NCBI GenBank assembly: GCA_963924565.1 | Contig: OZ004608.1 | Coordinates: 11,532,001-11,596,000, forward strand | Origin: Ascidiella aspersa | Taxonomy: Eukaryota | Length of the DNA: 64,000 nt | Reading direction: 5' to 3' | Shown here: in pieces, positions 37,498-48,800 of the stretch | How the letters are laid out: each line of letters begins with the position of its first letter | How positions within the stretch are numbered: position 1 is the first letter of the stretch | The notes under the pieces: model-generated | Database searches by the model: none | The model's input: only the letters and a program-made list of their open reading frames with translations | What the model was told of the DNA's origin: nothing | Position numbers and translations under genes: made by a program

Positions 37498-39729
37498 ATG
37501 GGCTCAGGAGGTTCCAAAAAGCTCAGGTCGATCAGTGTCTCATCTGTTGACAAAAAGACCGAAGACTCCCTAAAATATCCAAGATCGAGCAGCGTCCCCT
37601 CAAACCTTGGATCACAGAAACAAAGGCATATTTATGCACCAGCAAATGTTAGTATGTACTTTCAGTAGATGTTTACCCAACATTACTACATATTGAAACA
37701 TGTAGGTTGTAGGTTTGCTATATAAAAACACCTACTGTAGTTTGTTTTAGTTTAGGAGAGAAATGCTGGCCAATTTAACTGCCAACTTTAATATTTACTC
37801 AACCTATTGTAACACAAGACTTCCCTGCAGTGCTACAAAAGAACACATTGAAATCTTAATGATTTGCTAGTTAATAATTTGCCAACTGCCAATTGTTGCT
37901 TTGAAAAGAAAATCATATATTTTTAGGGCTTCTTTTTAAGTCACATCGAAGATAAGATGGAAGGCAACGATTCAAAAGAATTTGTGTTTCATGTTTCAAA
38001 AAATGTAAAACCACCTGAGAAAGTCAATGCGAATGGCTTACCTGTTGGTGATTCTGAATGGACTGTCACAGAGCTGTATAATATTTTAATTGCTGAATCC
38101 TGGTTGGGAAAAGCACAACTGCATAGGCTGAACTACCTCCTGTTAATTGACTGCAGGTAAACAAAGATTTATTTTTTTCAGTATTTACAGGTTGGAATGT
38201 GTTTTAATGTGAACAGGTAACAGATTTCATTGTTATTGTTTTGCATCTTATTATGTTCAAAACAATTATTATTTATGGTGTCTTTGTGTTGAAATTTTCG
38301 CAAATTGACCCAAATTTTCAGAAATGAAGAGGAATACAAAGAAAATCATGTGATCACCGCAAAGCATCATTCTTGCCTGACTTCAGAGTTTGGCTGTCTA
38401 TTGGAAGTTTCAGGGCAGTTGGAATCATTTGACATGGTTGTTCTGTAAGCAACAGTATGTTTTCCATACAGGCAGCTTTAATAGATTTTTTGTAAATAGT
38501 TTATGTTAATATGTAAATGTTTTGTTTATTTCAAAAAAAAAAATTGGTTTCTGCAAAAACATATTGTGCAGATACAATGATGATAATGGATATGTAGGAA
38601 ATTCTCTTCAAGCCAGAAATGTTTCATTTTGCATGCTGAACTCTGCGTTTAAAACTTTTTATCGCAAGTATCCATTTCTATGCACATCTGAAACAGTAGC
38701 CACAATCGAGCAAAGAACAAAAAGTATAAAGGTAAATATGTAACATGTCATTGAAAGATCGAATTATTCCCCAAGTTTGATTTGCTGTTTGTTAAGTCAC
38801 TTTATTTTCTAATTCTGTTCAGACATGGCCATCTGAAGTATTAGAAGGTCAATTGTATCAATCCGCTGCTACACATGTTGCAGACTGCAATATTATGGTA
38901 AAATTAGGTGAGATTTCTTCCCCATTTTGTGTATTGTATATACAGTAGTTCAGATGTAATAATTATGCTGCTTGTAGACTGTTCCATCATATAATAATAT
39001 CTAAACATTACATTATACTACAGGCATTACTCATATTATAAACATCACTTTGGATAAGCCCAATTCATTCCCGGACACCATTAAATATATGACGGTGAGA
39101 CTCAAAGACGAAGCACATGTAAATCTTTCATCTTGGATTCCAAAGTCAACGAAATTCATATCAGATGCTCTAAGCAGGTATTTAGGTTACCTTGGTATAC
39201 AGGCCTTAATTTGTAAACAAATGTCAGACAAGGAAATCTCTAAAAATAGCTTCTGGGTACTAAATGTATTGTGTTATGTCAATGCTTTGCCTATCGTATT
39301 AAAATATATTCTGAAAGGGTGTTGATAGCCCAAAATTATTGTATGGTAATAGTTAATAAAAAAGGAATAGTTTAGAAAGATGGCCAAGGCCTCTAAAAAT
39401 ACAATGTATTATAGTCAAAATTACTACAAAGTATTGAAATATTCACTCATGCTTACAATATAAGTGATATTATTATTTTTCCTAGTACGCCGAAAGATGG
39501 CCAAAATCGGGTACTTGTTCACTGCAACCTTGGAAGAAGCCGGAGCTCCACAATTGTTATAGGATATTTGATGGAGGCCAAGCATTGGTCATTGAAAGAT
39601 GCTTGTGACTGGTTAAAAGACTGTAGACCGACTGTCCAACCAAACGTTGGTTTTCTCAATCAGCTGGTTAACTATGAGGTTAAAGTTTTTGGAAAAAAAC
39701 TTTCCGAGTTCAATGATCTGCATATTTAA
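37498..39729 (+). CDS. STYXL1/MK-STYX-like rhodanese + dual-specificity phosphatase with intact HCx5R
   Basis: Exons 37498-37647, 37927-38156, 38322-38444, 38572-38731, 38823-38907, 39024-39177, 39486-39729, all in phase. TELYNIL..NYLLLIDCR..EYKENHVITA..YPFLC..WPSEVLEGQLY..GITHIINIT..VLVHCNLGRSRSSTIVIGYLM..RPTVQPNVGFLNQL. Confidence 0.88.
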
Positions 39730-40721
39730 TCTTTGTTGTTACCATTTTACATAGTTCCATTTGATTATTTTTTATACCTTATATTCGTTTATCTTAGCAA
39801 GCACTTACACATCATATATTTTTTTAAATAGTACTGCACTGTAATAATCATATTTTTGCACTGTACTAATTTTATTAGCTCAAAACGTTTTATAGTTATT
39901 TGATTTATATTATAGCTGTCTTATATTTTAGTTGTTTGATGTAGCTTCAAAATATTGAAATGCAGAATTATCGTAACTATTGGCTTTTTTATATGTGAGA
40001 GAATAAAAGTTCCTTCTTTTAATAATGTTTAAAGATATTAAAGATATGCTTTTCAGTAGTTACTCGAATGGTTTGTTATTCATGTTGCAGTTCTGTGTCG
40101 TAAAGTATAGAGTTTATTTTTTGTTTGTACTCGTGGTGCTCAGTTGACAATCTGCACCTTGCAACAATCCGTAGCCATTACGTTAATTCATACAGCCTTT
40201 TTATTGATTTTTCATAAACGGCTTCTAGCTAACTTCAAATACATTCAAATATTCAACATGTCTCTTTATTTGAAAGCAAAGTCGTGTATATCCACAAAAG
40301 GTCCTTAACATATTTATAACTTTCAGATGTAGATGATGAGTCCATTTTGCTTACCTTTCAATAAAATGTTTTTAAACGATGATAAGATAAATTACCTGAA
40401 ATAGTGAAACCGCCGTTACGTCAGGTGAAAATTTAGATATAGCGTTATTCAATTTTTTCGAATAGAGCAATTCCTCATAAAATAATTTCATTCCGGGTTA
40501 TACTTGAATTGAATTGTGGTTTTTAATATTACATGTCAAAGAATAAATAATTTACAAAAGGAGCCTCAAAGTAACGTCACGGTTGATCACTTCGGCATGA
40601 CGAACTCCTTTTTGCTTTCCATTAGGGGTTAGGTTGTATTTCCCTAATAGATGTGGTCGACGTGTGTTTTATTAGAAAGCCAGTAGTTTTCAACCTGTAG
40701 ATTAAGTGCCATACGCTCACG

Positions 40722-43686
40722 ATGGATGACGAAGCGGAAACTTACCGACTGTGGAGAATTCGAAAGACTGTAATGCAGGTATACTACGTCATGCAGTTAG
40801 ATTACCTCGCGAATTAGTCTGTATGTAATTGGCACGTCATTTATGTCGTGTTGCCTTTTGACGTAAATCAACAGAATACGTTTACTCCAAAAGCTTTACA
40901 AGAATATCTGTTCCTCCCATAAAAAACACGAAAATTAGCGGTGGTTTCATGTTGTTATAACAGTGTAAATTGTTGAATTACACCATATGACCAGGTAACT
41001 AGGTATAAAAAATAAATTTGCGCTGGTCTAGAAAACGAGATTTGCAACACAATAGGAGATTAAATATAATTATAATACTTGACTCGCACCCAAATCCAAG
41101 CCCTAACTCACACCCTAATCTAAATACTGTTAGCACAATATACCTCCGGGCAAAATGTGAGAAGATTCTAGACCAGACCTGGGCAACATACGGCCCGCGG
41201 GCCAGATCCAGCTCGCCAAGCAGTTTAATCTGACCCGCGGCTTATTTTCCTTAAAATACATAGGCTAAGCGAAAACAAGGGTTTCTGCATGCTTGGTTGT
41301 ATCGTTAGCACTTTTTCCGGGGACGGATCTAGTTATGATCCCGCCAAATTCGATTTTTAGCCTGTTTTAAATTCTAAAACGGAAATTGTTTACGCGCTTG
41401 GCGTGAATCTCTTCTGTCTTTCTCGTACGTTCCCTGCGATTTTTGGCAACTTTAAAGACAAATAGCACTCTCTCCAACGAAAGTTTAACAAACTGAGCCT
41501 AATATTTGTATATTTTCGCGCGTTGAAAGTATTTCGTCTTTAGAATATGTACGAAATGGCGACTGTTTTCCAAACTCTGAAATATACCGATTTACCTTTT
41601 GTCAACCTAATTTAGTTAATGCCATGTTTTTTAGCCTAACCTTCAAGTCACCCCACAACTTGATTAACGCCAATATATCAAGCAGTGTACTTTTTTTTTG
41701 TCTGTGCACAATGCTTTACGACCCCCTCTAAATCTAAACTAAAGTTTGCATTTTAAAACCAATATAGCAATTTTTTGTGCTTTGCGCGACGTCTTGGGGC
41801 ATTTTTAAATTCATTTAAACTGCACATTAATGCACAACTCCAAACATAATAACAAATTCGTCAGCTTAGTTGTTTTATAGTTGTATGACGATATATAAAT
41901 TCTCATGCGGCCCGCGGTGAAAAATAATTGCCCACCCCTGTTCTAGACTATGGCCAATAAATCTCTGTCAAGGGTTTTCATTTTGTTTAATGTGAAAATA
42001 GAAAGTCAATATTCCCATAAAAATATCTTTTTTTCATAAAGTCTTTGCTTGGCAAATTTATAATCATTTCATTACAAACTTAATTTAAAAGCAATTTTGG
42101 CAGAAATATAAAAAAAAAACATTTTTTTACAGTTGTGTCATGATCGAGGTTACCTGGTGACTCAGCATGAGCTGGATCAATCTTTGGAAGAATTCAAAGA
42201 TGAATTTGGTGACAAGCCAAGCGAGAGAAAGCCCGGAAGACAAGATCTCACCATTCTCGTTGCTCACAATGATGACCCAACTGATCAAATGTTTGTGTTT
42301 TTCCCAGGTGATCTTGAGTAATCTGGTTTAATATTTGTTTATGCATGACTTTTTGCTGTTTTTAAGGGAAATATTAAATAAGGCAAATATGTACTCAGTA
42401 GCCATTTTTGTTACAGACATCAATTTTTTTATAACATTAAATGCGTGTATTCAGCCCTTTGTAGTTTTAAGATCCCTTAGTTTTTGTTCTGTTCTGACAT
42501 ATTTTGGTTCTGTTCTGACATCATTTTCCAATTAAAAAATATTCTTTAATAAAAATGTAATATGTACATAAAGTTATCTAGAAAAGGGGAATTTTTCTCT
42601 ATTTCACAGTTTTGTGTTGACTTTGTTGGTTCTGTTCTGACATCATTTTCCAATTAAAAAATATTCTTTAATAAAAATGTAATATGTACATAAAGTTATC
42701 TAGAAAAGGGGAATTTTTCTCTATTTCACAGTTTTGTGTTGACTTTGTAAGCATTGCTTTGTTGATTCGTTTTTTAGAGGAACCCAAAGTTGGGGTGAAA
42801 ACCATCAAAACCTACTGCCAGAGAATGCAGGAAGAAAACATACAAAGGGCTGTAATCGTTGTCCAACAGAGCATGACACCTTCAGCCAAGCAATCACTGT
42901 TTGACATGGCGCCAAAGTACATCCTTGAACAGTTTTTAGAGCAAGAGTTGCTTATCAACATCACTGAGCATGAGGTCTGTATTATATTCAAATAGTGCTT
43001 GAATTAAGCCAAATCATTTAAACCACTATTGCATTAATAACTGAAATGCCCATATTTTGTGTTCAACTAGTTATGGAACGACTTCTTAAATTGGCGTGCA
43101 ATGTTAGTAACACACCTTACTTAATTGATTAGTTTAGTGTCTGAATTATAAATGGTAAAAAAAACGATGTGTGACTAAACATACACACCCCATTTATTAT
43201 CAACACTCTTAAACATACACACCCCATTTATTTATCACTCTCCTAAAGCCAAGCTGAAGCACTTTAGGAAGTAAAGAATCTCCCGCAGACAATAAAATGT
43301 AAAAAAAAAGATTCTTGTTTTCGTATTAGATAATCTTAAGACTGTTTATAAAAACAGGTAAAACATAAAATCATTGCTTGAATTTTAACAGAAATATATA
43401 TTTCGCCTACGAGGCATCGTCACTCCTAATGCTGTTCATAATCACAATTCGTACACATGTAAAAAACATCTTTCCTCTCCAGCTTGTACCGGAGCACGTT
43501 GTACTGACGCCCGAAGAGAAGCAGGAACTGTTAACGCGCTACAAGCTGAAGGACTTTCAGCTACCGCGTATACAGGCCGGCGACCCGGTGGCCAGGTATT
43601 TTGGACTCAAGCGCGGACAAGTGGTCAAGATCGTTCGGCCCAGCGAGACGGCAGGTCGCTATATCACCTATAGGCTCGTGCAGTGA
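40722..43686 (+). CDS. POLR2E: RNA polymerase I/II/III shared subunit RPB5, 210 aa
   Basis: Exons 40722-40778, 42133-42307, 42778-42974, 43483-43686. [26 protein letters not shown]...[16 protein letters not shown]. Confidence 0.98.
41174..41940. mobile_element. hAT-Charlie-type non-autonomous element in POLR2E intron 1
   Basis: Termini CAGACCTGGGCAA / TTGCCCACCCCTG with subterminal CGGCCCGCGG motifs. Exact TSD TTCTAGAC. Confidence 0.9.
42504..42748. repeat. Near-perfect 122-bp tandem duplication in POLR2E intron 2
   Basis: Two adjacent copies offset by 122 bp (e.g. gaaaagggga at 42581 and 42703). Confidence 0.92.
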
Positions 43687-44788
43687 TTGACGCAGCATCA
43701 AGGTCTACATTTTTACCTGGCTGTTTTGGCTGCACATAGGCCACCTATATGGTGTGTGTGCGTTACAAGGAACAGACTTGGCACGTTTTTGAGAGTATTT
43801 GCCGCCCTTTTTGCCGTTGCGCCACGGTTGTTAGCCGTATCTCGCGAAACGCTGTCTCTTTTTTGCAATAAAATTTTCAACTGCCGACTAGCGTACATCT
43901 GTTGGCAAGACATTAAGGTTACTTCTCCAAACTAGTATAACAGGCGCTAAATTGAAAGCTCAGTTTAGAAAGTTTTAGGAATTTTCCTAATGATTAATAA
44001 AGACATCTAAAGGCATTCTTTTTTCTACATGTATTTCCATAAAGAGGGTTGTCTGACCTTTCGCTCATAGCACTAATAGCTTTATTTCGTTTTAGTTCAA
44101 ATGACGTACTACGGTCTATATTGCTTTTGCGATTTATTCAACCTACCGGTAAATACCAAAGTGTATTACCAGCCTTTCGATGTTTATTGTGCATTTCAAG
44201 CAGTGTGTTTCAACATTTTTTCCGTGGCGACCAAAACACTAAGCTTAGGTATAACAGCAAAAGCATTAGAAATAGAAACCCTTTACTAAACTTTTTAATC
44301 ACAAGACATTAGCATCAAAAAAAAATTAATTTCATGCTATGATCCATTTATTTGTATTAGTCTGACAGTTTTCTCAAATTTTTAAGAAATCTCGCTCAAA
44401 ACCAATCTCAATAAATCTAACCATACCTACTGCGGTCGACGATGTTAACAATTATTAAGAAACCTAAATGATTTAACCGTGTATTTTAAAACCTTTATAG
44501 GCCAGGGGTGCACAACTTGTGGCCGTTTACTATAACTTTTGCGGCCATGCACGTGGTTAGAAAAATACATGTGTTGGCAGACGTACGTTGATAAAAACTT
44601 GTGTCCACCTAATTCCCAAATTCGCATTTTGAAACAGGTTTGAAATTAGCAGGGTTTTCATGCTATGGGCCAGGCAAACATCAGTCTTCAAATGCTGGTC
44701 ATTGGCTAAGAGCATTGCTACTGTGAGCAGACGGATGTAAATAGTTTTTTATTAAGTAAGTCCGTTTATATCAAGGCGCTATGTACAT

Positions 44789-45440
44789 CAGTGGTTTCCA
44801 ACCTGTGGGGTCGCCTACAATTTTTCTGGGGTCGCCATAACTTATCACGTTTCTGCTGTTTTGGTACAATTTTTGTATTTTCTTTACAATGACGTCACAC
44901 GATAAACATGAATGAGTGGATAGCAAAGATAAGGTTGTGTTTCTTCTATACCGAACATAGTTGTTTTTAGCTTGAGGAGCTGCTATTGTAGGTTACAAAG
45001 AGTTCAGCAAATAAATATTTACTTTTCGATTCGATGCAATTAAAACCCGACTGTTCAATTTTGTGAGTAAACTTGTTTCCGTTTCAAGCACATGGTTGTG
45101 TTTCACGAAATGCCGCGCAATGAGCATAATAAAAACGAAACATCGTAAATCGCATAGAAGTAAAACATGACGGTTATCTTCTGCAAAGTGAAGTCGCGTT
45201 TTTTTTTATTTTTTTGGTGGATTGTTAGTACATGCATCGCACTGAATGCAATTTAGTGTTGAACTTAATTGAATTTTTTGGGTTCGTTCGTGTGCCTGAT
45301 TCAAATTCATAATTTAATTTCTAAAATTAATCATTTTGGTGCACATATGTAGCCACGGTTCCCAAAATGGGGTCACAATGTAAATTCTGATTTTATTTTA
45401 CTTAAATTGGGGTCGCCTATAAAAAGGTTGGAGACCACTG
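44789..45440. mobile_element. hAT-Charlie-type non-autonomous element
   Basis: TIRs CAGTGGTTTCCAACCT / AGGTTGGAGACCACTG, GGGGTCGC subterminal repeats, TSD ATGTACAT / ATGTACCT. Confidence 0.88.
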
Positions 45441-45806
45441 ATGTACCTACATTATAACTTGTTGCGCCGCGTTACTGACACTATCTTTAAAATACAATTT
45501 CGGTTAAATTAGAACATAAATGCCAATATTTTTAACAACATGCGATTCTTTTCCTTCCCTTCAGCCCATTTGGTTTGGATTGAAAGATTTGCCAATTTAA
45601 ACCAAATAAACGCCTCTAGACTCCTCTAAACTAAAAGCAGCATGACATCAAACTGCATTGATAAATATATAGGATTTTCTATTTTGCGAAGCGATACTGG
45701 TCACCGAATGAATACACTGCACTTTGCGAATTAAGTTAATAAAGGGTAGGGTGAATGACGGTTGAAGACTCGGGATTGCTCTGAATTTTGTTGTTTTTTG
45801 GTCTTG

Positions 45807-48800
45807 CTAACCAAAAATGCTGGAGGTGCGGTGAAAGTTGGCCCAGAAATCTGCAACAAGGAAAAAATATGCTTTAAATTGTGCAATGTATTTCAAATCC
45901 TATTGAAAAGGGGTTAGTAATTCTAACATTTTTCTTATAGTTACAGTTAGGCCTGTTAAGATTTTTCGGGCAATCGTTTGAGCAAATTTGGAATAAGTAG
46001 CCTATTTAGCAAAATGAATAACAATAAAGTTTATTTTCGAACTGACTTGCTGTTTAGTTGAAAGGCCAAAATAAAAAAATATTTTAACTGTGTTTGCAAT
46101 GTTTTTAGCCGTACGGTCGGAGGTTTTAGTTAAACGTATAGTAGAAACATCAAAGCCCATATACAGAAGTATAGGGAATATTTTTGTACGTTTCGAATGA
46201 GTCTTTATTCAGTTTCAACAAAATCAACAGCCGGCTATTGTGATCGGACTGTAACTCGCACCTTTGATTCGCTTTGAGCAGCGCTCGGCCTCGGATAGGC
46301 TCCGCCACTCGTAACTGTAGTAGTCGGGGTCGTAGCGGCATTCCTGCTTCACCGTCACCAGCCCGTTTGCTAGCGTTCGCCCTGCCGTGCAGAAGTAGAA
46401 ACGATAGAAGCGCCACTTTTCGTCGGTAAGCGTCTCGAAAAAGCTGCCCACCGGACAGAGGTCGAAGTTTTCTGGCACCTCCTTCACCTTGCCGCAGTCC
46501 GAGCCTGACAGGGAACAACAAATAATAATGGCATTGAAAAAGGGAGACGAGTCAAGATTTGTCGGTTTTGCCGGACTCGCTGAGGCCTGATTTACTCCAA
46601 GCACGCAACTATACAATGTTCTGAAAACTAAAGAAAATGAAACAGTGGTTAATAAACAATACCTTAAAAAGCCCCCCAAAAAATCATTAGAAAACATTCT
46701 AAGGGGACCGTTTGCACAAATAAAAGAAAGAATACCCAAAATTAAAATTGATATTTTTTTTTCTTTTTAACAATTTTTTTTTAAAGAAATTCGTGCCGAC
46801 ACCCGATATTTGCTTCCTAGCGCTTTAATCTGCTTTTCGGAATAGACCGGATAATATAAAATTCAAAAATTTCTATTACTTAAGATCTACATCAAAGACA
46901 TTGCTATTAACATTCGGTAAATACCTGCATTTTGGAAGGCAGAAACGTAGAATTTCTGTGTAAAATTGAGACTGGTTGAACAACTCTTTTAATGTTTACA
47001 CCCACATAGAAGGAAACCGTTGCATAACTACCCAGAATCGCCCACACACTTTGTATATGTCTAACACCTACATAGTTACCCTGGCTAGACTGCTAGGTTT
47101 TTGTCTGTTATACGTGAAACAGACCGCCTAACTGCATGAGGTATATCTGCTCCACCCACGAAAATATTACCGCGTATATCCACCGCATAATGCATTGATT
47201 TAAATAAATATCACAATAACTTTCAACTAAAATATCGAGGTGCACCGGCACGAATCTTGCCTAAAGCGACGATTGTGGTAAGTCTGTGAGCTGGCTCTGT
47301 GTACGGTCCACGTGGTTCAGTCCGATTTTCAAGCTCAACGCGAATCAGTATGCTAACGAACTTACACGTATTAACGCGGCAGAAAGATAACGGCAAACTA
47401 AAAACAAACACGCTGGATTCTTAGCTTTTATATCTCTTTCGAACTGTTAGGTCCCAAAACAAAATTATCGGCTGGGCTGTTAACATAATAATACGAACAT
47501 TCAGAAGAACCTGTTTCACCTAAATTATAAGAATCAGTTTGGTTAGGTAAGGTTGCGTCATGCTTTGACTTCTTGCTTTCTGTAGCCAGTATGTATTCGC
47601 TAATAAAGAAGTACGTGTAAAAGTTCAACATAAAAAACACTTCCTTGAGTGAGAGTCTCTACAAAAAGTTTGAACAGTTAATTTGTCATTACATTACATT
47701 TATTTATACTACAGGCGGAACAGTTACGCCAAAATTGCTTACGGCGTAAAATCATTTTAATATCATAAGTAATCCAGATTTGCGTATAATAAAAACGATT
47801 TTCACAACGAGTTCGTAAAATTTCTAAGTTGGGTTTCTCAAATCATTTTAAAATCTTTTTATTAGTACGATATATTTTGACTTACGAAAATTGCGACACT
47901 CCAGGGGCAAGTCTCCCCTCCAATAAAGCTGTCCCGGCAACCCAACGTTGGTCGAATTTGTGACGTCACTCATAGCGGCGGTTCCCGATTGTTCGATTTC
48001 ATGCGTGCATTGGATAGCGCCATCGCGGACAGCAAATAGTCCCGCCTAAAATGCGGTGAAAAAGGCCCTTATTTGATACGAGGAGTAAATAGTCTATTAT
48101 TTTCTGCTTTATTTCGCACGTTCATTAAGTGAGGAACTGGCCTCTTTGAAGGTATTTTATGACGAGGATATATATAAAAATTATCAAGGTTGTAAGCTTA
48201 CAATATTAATTTCTAAAAAACAGTTTATACCGCTTTGAAAATATTAACGCAAACTTCAAGAAAAATACGCTAACACAATAATGTGTTTTAAAATCTTATC
48301 TATTTCTTAACATTAACAAGTCAAAACGGCGTTTTAATTCTAGTTAAACTACTATTCTGTTAAAAAACACTCGGCATCATGCCGATCTAAGATATAAACA
48401 GAATCGTGTAATTATTACGATCGAAAGAAAACTCCCAGAACTGTTTGATTTAGGAATAAATCATCCGCCCATAATAAAGAGAAAAGTTCTTCGTCCTTGC
48501 CTGTATTTAACAGATAAGTCACAATGGGAAATTTCGACGTTTTCGACGTAAAGTACTTACCCTGGCGTACGTATCTCCTACAGCAAAAACGTCAACCGAG
48601 TCATATTTAAAGGTGACGTATGTCTCGCCGCCGCCGCTCGTGATTACGACTTGAAAGGCGTTGTTTTGCGCAGGACTGTCGACTGACTGTAAAGGTAAGA
48701 TTTCCAAGTGTTAAAAAAAACGCCGGCCTCGGTACCACCCAATTATAATAATTGCCAGGAAGTTCCTATTATTATTAGCTATTTTGACTGCTCGAATATA

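Noticed and set aside
43687-43935. 82-codon in-frame ORF right after the POLR2E stop (possible readthrough)
   Set aside because: The TGA-TTG context is not the leaky TGA-CTAG type, the RPB5 C-terminus is structurally constrained, and an open frame this long is plausible by chance in a GC-richer UTR.
47428-47640. Minus-strand ORF inside NIDO gene intron 5 as an extra exon
   Set aside because: Its acceptor is phase 2 for that frame, whereas exon 5 ends in phase 1. Exon 5 joins 46504 cleanly.
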